DNA of 32,000 bases from Arthrobacter sp. FW305-BF8 (lineage in GTDB: Bacteria; Actinomycetota; Actinomycetes; Actinomycetales; Micrococcaceae). Shown piece after piece: positions 26,830 to 32,000 of this stretch. Position 1 is the stretch's first letter, and every line of letters starts with the position of its first letter. The notes below the pieces were generated by a model. The model saw only the letters and a list, made by a program, of their open reading frames with translations, was not told the origin of the DNA and ran no database searches. The DNA is taken from positions 744,927 to 776,926 of the forward strand of contig NZ_CP084561.1 in assembly GCF_021789315.1 (NCBI RefSeq). Reading direction: 5' to 3'. Position numbers and translations under genes: made by a program.

Positions 26830-27159
26830 CTATGCCACCTCCACGGACATCAGCATCAGCTCGCGGCCGCTGAGGACTTCGACGTCCGCGCTTCCGCAAG
26901 GGCAAAGCAGAATGAGATCGCTCAGGGTGAATTCGTCCTGGCAGCTGCGGCACCGTCCGCGGCCCCGCGGTTCGTCGATCTGCAGCCGCGCGCCAGCCAG
27001 CGGGGTGCCGGCCGCTGCCACGTCAAAACAAAAACGCACGGCATCAGCCAGTACGCCGGAAAGGGGACCGATCCTAAGGTTGACCGCAGTGACCGTCCGT
27101 TCACCTGTGCGGTCCAGAACGGCGTCGACAAGGCCCTGCGTGATGGAGAGTTCGTGCAT
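26830..27159 (-). CDS. hypA: Hydrogenase nickel insertion protein HypA
   Basis: The internal ATG gives a 109-aa product beginning MHELSITQGLVDAVL, which is the canonical MHE Ni-binding N-terminus. Zn-site cysteines CRSC...CPCG are present. The upstream 97 codons of the tracked ORF look non-coding. Confidence 0.88.
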   Translation of the reverse strand: MHELSITQGLVDAVLDRTGERTVTAVNLRIGPLSGVLADAVRFCFDVAAAGTPLAGARLQIDEPRGRGRCRSCQDEFTLSDLILLCPCGSADVEVLSGRELMLMSVEVA

Positions 27160-27333
27160 GATCGCGCCCCTTTTTGCCAAGATAGGCTCGCGCCAGAGAA
27201 AACGCAACCGTCCGGATTTCCGCCCGCCGTTCGCCGGTTCGAACGGACAGCTACGGCCCTGCCGGAGCCGGATTTTGGGGCCACAGGTGTCCGTTCGCGC
27301 TGTGTCCTTCCCACCCTTCGCTAGGGTTGGAGG

Positions 27334-27639
27334 ATGCCGTCCTTTCAGACCAGACTCAAGATCACCGGGCTGAAGCCGGGCAACCCTCCCGAAGCCGTAA
27401 TGGACACCGCCGTGGAGGCGCTGGGGTCGCGGCATCATGTGGAGTCGCACCAGCTGGAACTGGCCGGGGGCGTGCCGCAGCTTAACCTGCGCTTCCTCGT
27501 GGAGCCCACCGAATACAACGGTGAGAACAGCGCGGCGCGGGAATCGGCAGCAGTGATGCGCGACGCCGTCGAACGCGTTGCGCTGACAGGCTCGCTTTCG
27601 GTACTCCGCCGCAGCCGCGGCCGCTGGGCGCCCGTCTAA
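27334..27639 (+). CDS. Hypothetical protein divergent from the hydrogenase operon
   Basis: 101-aa ORF with strongly coding-like GC3. GGAGG directly abuts the ATG, which is poor spacing, so the start is uncertain (alternative Met23 at 27400). No homology is recognised. Confidence 0.4.
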   Translation: MPSFQTRLKITGLKPGNPPEAVMDTAVEALGSRHHVESHQLELAGGVPQLNLRFLVEPTEYNGENSAARESAAVMRDAVERVALTGSLSVLRRSRGRWAPV

Positions 27640-27657
27640 CGCTTACGTGTTGAAAGC

Positions 27658-28302
27658 TTAGGCGCCCGGGGCCTGGGTGCCCGGCTCGGGGGCACCGCCC
27701 GGCTCGTCCACGGGGGAGCGGTCGCCCTGCCGGCGCGTGACGATCAGACCCACGACGGCGCCAATCACCAGGCCAACGGCCACACCGATCAGCGAACTCG
27801 CCCAAAAGGGCAGCCCCGTTGCGGAGCCCGTGAAGAAGCCGAGGCCCACGAGCCACGTCGCCCACAGCACCGCTCCCAGCCCGGCGCACAGGCTGAAGCC
27901 CCGGGTGGAGACGTCGGCGATGCCTGCGGCGGCCGATGTCGCGAGCCGCCCTCCCGGGATAAACCGAGCCCCGATGATGGTGCCGTAAGCGGAGGACCGG
28001 CCCGCCTTGGCGATGGCCTCGTGGATGCCGCGGTGGATCTTCCGGCCCCACGTCCAACGGTCCAGGATGTGGCTCAGCCGGCGCTTGAACAGCTGGAACA
28101 CCACAACGTCGCCCAGCCACGACGCGGAGGCGGACAGGAAGCCCACCAGGAACAGGTTTGCCCGTCCCTCGGCAGACAGGGCACCGCCCGTGATCAGGAC
28201 CATCTCGGACGGGATGGGCGGAAAAATGGCATCGCCCAGGACGGCCGGAATGATCCAGAAGTAGATCGCCGTGCTCCACGTGTCCGGATTGCCGAAGTCC
28301 AT
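27658..28302 (-). CDS. DedA/VTT-domain family membrane protein
   Basis: Contains a DedA-like core (LGDAIFPPIPSEMVLITGGAL...SWLGDVVVFQLFKR...ARFIPGGRL) with multiple TM segments. The ATG at 28302 is preferred over the GTG at 28320. Confidence 0.75.
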   Translation of the reverse strand: MDFGNPDTWSTAIYFWIIPAVLGDAIFPPIPSEMVLITGGALSAEGRANLFLVGFLSASASWLGDVVVFQLFKRRLSHILDRWTWGRKIHRGIHEAIAKAGRSSAYGTIIGARFIPGGRLATSAAAGIADVSTRGFSLCAGLGAVLWATWLVGLGFFTGSATGLPFWASSLIGVAVGLVIGAVVGLIVTRRQGDRSPVDEPGGAPEPGTQAPGA

Positions 28303-28353
28303 TTGCACAACGTACCCCACACGGAGCGGGAACGCGCGGGGCGGACAGTTGGC

Positions 28354-28426
28354 GGAACTCCTACACCCGACGGAACTCCTATGCGTGGCGGAACACCTAT
28401 GCGTGGCGGAGCCCTACGCCCTGGAC
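28354..28426. repeat. Four tandem 18-19 bp imperfect repeats in divergent promoter region
   Basis: The units are ggaactcctacacccgac, ggaactcctatgcgtggc, ggaacacctatgcgtggc and ggagccctacgccctggac. Units 2 and 3 match at 17/18 positions. The array ends 25 nt upstream of the macro-domain ATG. Confidence 0.8.
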
Positions 28427-28450
28427 GGTTCGCAATGCCACACTGGCTCC

Positions 28451-28990
28451 ATGCGGATAGAGATCGTTGAGGGTGACATCACCGGACGGCCGGTGGACGC
28501 TGTGGTAAATGCCGCCAACTCTTCGCTGCTGGGCGGCGGGGGCGTGGACGGGGCGATCCATCGGGCCGCCGGGCCGGAACTGCTGGCGGCCTGCCGCGAG
28601 CTGCGGGCAACGACCCTCCAGGACGGTCTGCCGGTGGGCGCTGCCGTGGCCACCCCGGGGTTCGGGCTGCCGGCCCGCTGGGTCATCCACACCGTCGGGC
28701 CCAACCGCCACGCCGGGCAGACCAACCCCGCGCTGCTCGCGTCCTGTTTTACCGAGAGCCTGCGGGTTGCCGAGGGCCTGGGTGTCCGGTCGCTGGCCTT
28801 TCCCGCGGTAGGCGCGGGGGTCTACGGCTGGGACGCCCGCCAGGTGGCGCGGGTGGCATTCGACGCCGTCCGATCGTACGCCGCACGCTACGAAGAAGGC
28901 GGAGAGCAGGGCGTGGAGTTGGTGGAGTTCGTGCTTTTTGGCCCGGAAACCGTGGCGGACTTTCGGTATGTCCTTGAACGTGCTCCCTAG
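28451..28990 (+). CDS. Macro-domain protein (O-acetyl-ADP-ribose deacetylase / ADP-ribose binding, YmdB-like)
   Basis: Begins MRIEIVEGDITGRPVDAVVNAANSSLLGGGGVDGAIHRAAGPELL, followed by IHTVGP and AFPAVGAGVYG, which are canonical macro-domain blocks. The tracked ORF begins 180 nt too early. Confidence 0.88.
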   Translation: MRIEIVEGDITGRPVDAVVNAANSSLLGGGGVDGAIHRAAGPELLAACRELRATTLQDGLPVGAAVATPGFGLPARWVIHTVGPNRHAGQTNPALLASCFTESLRVAEGLGVRSLAFPAVGAGVYGWDARQVARVAFDAVRSYAARYEEGGEQGVELVEFVLFGPETVADFRYVLERAP

Positions 28991-29021
28991 CGGATTAGGT
29001 TCGGCTGGGACGTCGGCCTGG

Positions 29022-29978
29022 CTAGCGGACTTCGCTGAGTTGGAGGCGGCTGCGGTACTCGACGGGTTCCTTAGTGATGGGGTCCACGAACCGGATGCCA
29101 CGTGCCAGCAGCTGGAGCGGCTTGGTGTAGTCGTCGGGCGCCTTGTCCAGCAGTTCGGGGTAGAACGAATCGTGCAGGATGCCCAGCCCCAGAGAAGCCA
29201 TGTGCACGCGTAGCTGGTGGGTTTTCCCGGAGTGCGGTTCGAGCCGGTAGAGGCCGCGGCGTCTTGCCCCGGCTGTCGGATGGCCAGCGCCATCAGCGCC
29301 GTCGAACGTCCGCAGCAGGTCAATTCGGGTCTCCGCGTTCGGCTCGCCGTCGATGACCTCCGCCAGAAGGTAGCTGCGGGACTTCGTCATGCGGTTGCGG
29401 ACCACCACCGGGAAGTCGACGGCGGGATGTCCGGCAGCCGGTTCAGCCGCGGACACGCACTCGTACTCCTTCTGGACCTGGCGCTTCTCGAAGAGAACCT
29501 GGTACTTACCCCGTGTCTCAGGGTTGGTGGAGAGCAGGAGGATGCCTGCCGTCATGCGGTCCAGGCGGTGCATCGGGATCAGGTCCGGGAGGTCCAGCTG
29601 GTTGCGGAGGCGGACCAGCGCCGATTCCTGGATGTACGTGCCGCCGGGGGTGGTGGGCAGGAAGTGCGGTTTGTCCACCACCAGGATGTGCTCGTCCTGG
29701 TGCAGGATGTTCAGCTCCACAGGCAGCCGGGTTTCCGGCGGGAGCGTGCGGTAGTACCAGATGAAGGTGTGGTCCTCGAGCCGGGTGCCGCGGTGCAGGG
29801 GGATGCCGCCCTCGCCCACGATCTCGCCGGCGTCGAACCGGTCCTCGATGCCTTGGGGGTCGATGTGCCCCCAGCGGTGCATCATGTAGTCCATTGCGGT
29901 GTCCCACGGGCCCTCGTCCGGGAGGCGCAGACGCGTCGCGTTCACGCCGTCGCGCACGGGAAGGGGGGATTGCATCAC
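29022..29978 (-). CDS. RluA-family pseudouridine synthase
   Basis: Has the catalytic motif HRLDRMTAGILLLS, plus VVDKPHFLPTTPGG, KEYECV and the C-terminal GKTHQLRVHMA. On the minus strand a TAGAAT hexamer lies 6-7 nt upstream of the GTG/ATG start, suggesting a leaderless mRNA. Confidence 0.85.
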   Translation of the reverse strand: MMQSPLPVRDGVNATRLRLPDEGPWDTAMDYMMHRWGHIDPQGIEDRFDAGEIVGEGGIPLHRGTRLEDHTFIWYYRTLPPETRLPVELNILHQDEHILVVDKPHFLPTTPGGTYIQESALVRLRNQLDLPDLIPMHRLDRMTAGILLLSTNPETRGKYQVLFEKRQVQKEYECVSAAEPAAGHPAVDFPVVVRNRMTKSRSYLLAEVIDGEPNAETRIDLLRTFDGADGAGHPTAGARRRGLYRLEPHSGKTHQLRVHMASLGLGILHDSFYPELLDKAPDDYTKPLQLLARGIRFVDPITKEPVEYRSRLQLSEVR

Positions 29979-30020
29979 CGGTCCATTCTACTTTGCGCGC
30001 GGTTCCTGCTCATTGCAGCC

Positions 30021-30088
30021 CCGTTTCGACGGTTCCCCGCGCACACGACGACCCCCGCCGTCGAACCTGCAGGGAACCGTCGAAACGG
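30021..30088. repeat. Perfect 17-bp inverted repeat with 34-nt spacer between divergent genes
   Basis: ccgtttcgacggttccc (30021-30037) and gggaaccgtcgaaacgg (30072-30088) are exact reverse complements. Confidence 0.85.
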
Positions 30089-30109
30089 CGACGGACGAGA
30101 AAAAAGTTC

Positions 30110-30139
30110 TTGACAAATAAATTTGTCGGTCACGATACT
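30110..30139 (+). promoter_or_regulatory. Putative promoter with embedded palindromic operator for the ArsR-SRPBCC operon (leaderless)
   Basis: TTGACA (30110-30115) is followed by an 18-nt spacer and GATACT (30134-30139), with the ATG 6 nt further on and no Shine-Dalgarno sequence. A perfect 7-2-7 palindrome GACAAATAAATTTGTC (30112-30127) sits between the hexamers in an AT-rich island. Confidence 0.55.
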
Positions 30140-30145
30140 TGAACC

Positions 30146-30775
30146 ATGCTGGACATCGAAGTGATCGAGGACCCGGCGGCGGCGGAGGCTTCGCTGGACC
30201 CCATCCGGACCCGCATCCTGCAGGAGCTGGCCGAGCCCGGCTCGGCCACGCAGCTCGCCGCGAAGGTTGGGCTGCCGCGGCAAAAGGTGAACTACCACCT
30301 CAAGGCACTCGAGCGGCACGGCCTCGTGGAGCTGGTGGAGGAGCGCCGCAAGGGCAACGTCACCGAGCGCGTACTGCGGGCAACCGCAGCCTCCTACCTC
30401 ATCTCCCCGGTGGCGCTGCAGTCGGTGGCGCCGGACCCGCGCCGTTTCGCGGACCGGTTCTCGGCCTTCTTGCTGCTGGCGCTCGCCGGCCGCATGGTCC
30501 AGGAAATGGGGAAGCTCATTGCCGGTGCTGCCGCCGCGCGGCAGACACTGGCCACGTTCGCTATCGACGGCGAAGTCACCTTCCGCAGCGCGGCCGACCG
30601 GGCTGCGTTCGCCGAGGATCTGGGCGTGGCGGTCACCCGGCTCGTGGACAAGTACCACCACGCCGGCGCCGGCGGACGGAAGCACAGGCTCGTCGTCGCG
30701 CTTCACCCGGCACTCAAGCCGGAAACACAGGACTCAACCAAAATCATTCCAGCTAAGGGGCAGGACAATGACTGA
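30146..30775 (+). CDS. ArsR-family winged-helix transcriptional regulator
   Basis: The N-terminal HTH region is LDPIRTRILQELAEPGSATQLAAKVGLPRQKVNYHLKALERHGLVELVEERRKGNVTERVL. It is followed by, and overlaps by 8 nt, an SRPBCC gene, which is a common pairing. Confidence 0.8.
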   Translation: MLDIEVIEDPAAAEASLDPIRTRILQELAEPGSATQLAAKVGLPRQKVNYHLKALERHGLVELVEERRKGNVTERVLRATAASYLISPVALQSVAPDPRRFADRFSAFLLLALAGRMVQEMGKLIAGAAAARQTLATFAIDGEVTFRSAADRAAFAEDLGVAVTRLVDKYHHAGAGGRKHRLVVALHPALKPETQDSTKIIPAKGQDND

Positions 30776-31460
30776 CGACCGGAAATTCGAAATTGTTTTT
30801 GACACCGAGCTGCCCGGCACCCCGGAGCGGGTCTGGGAAGCCGTCACCAAGGGCACGCCGGGCTGGATGTTCCCGACTGACCAGTGGCCGGACGTGAAGA
30901 CCGTGGAGGAGTATCCGCACCACCTGGTGTCGCGCATGGACGGTGCGGACGGCTGGTTCAACCAGCTCGAGCATGTACTGGAGCCGGTCGACGGCGGCCG
31001 GGCCAGGCTCCACTACGTCCACAGCGGCATCTTCGCGGACGACTGGGACCAGCAGTACGACGGCGCCAGAAAGCACACGGAGTTCTACCTCCACACCCTG
31101 GGCCAGTACCTGAAGCACTTCGACGGCCAGCCCGTGGTTTTCACGGATGTCCAGGCGCCCGCCGCTTCGCAGACGCCTGACGGCTTTGCGCAGCTCAAGA
31201 AGGCGCTCGGCGTGGACAGTGCGTCGCAGGGCGACAGTTTTGATGTGGAGGTCGACGGCGTTGGGCGGCTCACCGGGCAGGTGGACTTTTCCAACGCGAA
31301 CTTCCTAGGCCTCCGGACCGGGGACGCCCTCTACCGCTTCTTCGGCCGCAATGCGTTCGGCGCACCGGTGGGCATGACCGTGCACGACTTCAGCGACAGC
31401 GGCGATTCCGCAGCGACTGCCGAAGCCTGGGGCGGGTTCCTCGGGAAGGTCTACGCGTAG
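30768..31460 (+). CDS. SRPBCC/AHSA1-like domain protein
   Basis: The ATG is preceded by AAGGGGCAGGACA and overlaps the ArsR stop (ATGACTGA). The N-terminus FEIVFDTELPGTPERVWEAVTKG is typical of Aha1/START-like SRPBCC proteins encoded next to ArsR regulators. Confidence 0.65.
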   Translation: MTDDRKFEIVFDTELPGTPERVWEAVTKGTPGWMFPTDQWPDVKTVEEYPHHLVSRMDGADGWFNQLEHVLEPVDGGRARLHYVHSGIFADDWDQQYDGARKHTEFYLHTLGQYLKHFDGQPVVFTDVQAPAASQTPDGFAQLKKALGVDSASQGDSFDVEVDGVGRLTGQVDFSNANFLGLRTGDALYRFFGRNAFGAPVGMTVHDFSDSGDSAATAEAWGGFLGKVYA

Positions 31461-31478
31461 GCCGTTAGCCGCCCGAGG

Positions 31479-32000
31479 TTAGGCGATGGCGGCGGCGGGG
31501 GAGTCCCGGAGTGAGCGCCTCAGCTGCGGGGCGGCCTCGAGCCTGTCCTGGGCCGCACGCAGCGCGAGGACTGCCGTCTCCAGCTGCTCCGGCGGCAGCG
31601 TGAACGGAATGCGAAGGAAGTTCTCGAACACCCCGCCCACGCCGAAGCGCGGACCGGCAGCGAGGCGGATGCCGAGTTCCGGGGCGATGACGGTCAGGGC
31701 CGTGCTGCTGGGCGACGGCAGCCGGCACCAGACGGCCAGGCCGCCGTCGGGCCTCTCCGCCTCCCACCGCGGCAGGTGGACCTTGAGCAGGTCCAGCAGA
31801 GCGGAGCGGTTGTCCCGGAGTGCGGACAGTCGGGCCGGCAGCGGAGCGGCCAGGTTGCGCACCAGATGGGCCGCCGCAAGCTGCTCCACCACCGGGCCGC
31901 CCAGATCCATCGTGGTCCGGACGGCCGCGAACCGCTGTATCAGGCTCTCCGATGCGCGGATCCAGCCTGTGCGCATGCCAGCCCAATGCGATTTGCTCAG
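31479..32000 (-). CDS. PLP-dependent aminotransferase-fold protein (MocR/GntR-type C-terminal domain), 5' part outside window
   Basis: The frame stays open to the window edge and reads LSKSHWAGMRTGWIRA. This is the SxSK PLP-lysine block followed by G(L/M)RxGW, as in fold-type I aminotransferases. The C-terminus resembles MocR-family effector domains. Confidence 0.7.
   Translation of the reverse strand: MSKSHWAGMRTGWIRASESLIQRFAAVRTTMDLGGPVVEQLAAAHLVRNLAAPLPARLSALRDNRSALLDLLKVHLPRWEAERPDGGLAVWCRLPSPSSTALTVIAPELGIRLAAGPRFGVGGVFENFLRIPFTLPPEQLETAVLALRAAQDRLEAAPQLRRSLRDSPAAAIA

Noticed and set aside
26830-27450. N-terminally extended ORF-track versions of several genes: HypA at 206 aa, 9310..10362, 19016..20623, 21060..21872, 14352..15602 and 28271..28990
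   Set aside because: The family-typical N-termini (MHELSI.., MSTAADAQ.., MNTSLAL.., MRIEIVEGDIT..) begin at internal start codons. Those codons have RBS or stop-start overlap context, and the upstream residues have junk composition.
28354-28426. CRISPR-like array
   Set aside because: The units are 18-19 bp, directly abutting with no spacers, and only four copies are present. No cas genes occur in the window.
1-32000. Genomic island or horizontal-transfer signature around the hydrogenase cluster
   Set aside because: I saw no flanking tRNA, integrase or direct-repeat borders, and no shift in base composition or codon style by eye. The cluster is embedded between ordinary chromosomal genes.

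Overview
High-GC actinobacterial chromosome, Micrococcaceae/Arthrobacter-like by protein style (not verifiable here). No transposase, integrase, CRISPR array, tRNA or rRNA is visible. The centrepiece is a roughly 9.5 kb, 12-gene minus-strand operon (17707..27159) for a group 1h (Hhy, high-affinity or atmospheric-H2 type) [NiFe]-hydrogenase, in the order hypA-hypB-hhyS-hhyL-hhyE. These are followed by three conserved proteins of unknown function, an unannotated 39-aa membrane microprotein, the maturation endopeptidase, hypC and an acidic disordered protein. Almost all junctions overlap or are separated by 3 nt or less. The unknown-function module inside this operon is the best candidate for undescribed biology, together with a flanking protein that carries a HypC-like C-terminal module. 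hypD, hypE and hypF are absent from the window. The rest is mostly housekeeping: a partial GH32 enzyme and an Fe(III)-type ABC importer behind a DtxR/IdeR iron box. There is also a GH76-like hydrolase, an SDR/acyl-CoA dehydrogenase pair, a DUF1684-like protein and PEP carboxylase. Further along are a FecCD/BtuF-type ABC importer beside the hydrogenase locus, a DedA protein, a macro-domain protein and an RluA-family pseudouridine synthase. The window ends with an ArsR-SRPBCC pair and a partial MocR-type gene. Several intergenic regions carry tandem or inverted repeats that the genes do not explain. Internal start codons were derived from residue indices in the ORF track plus local RBS and overlap context. 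The many long antisense ORFs are high-GC shadow frames.
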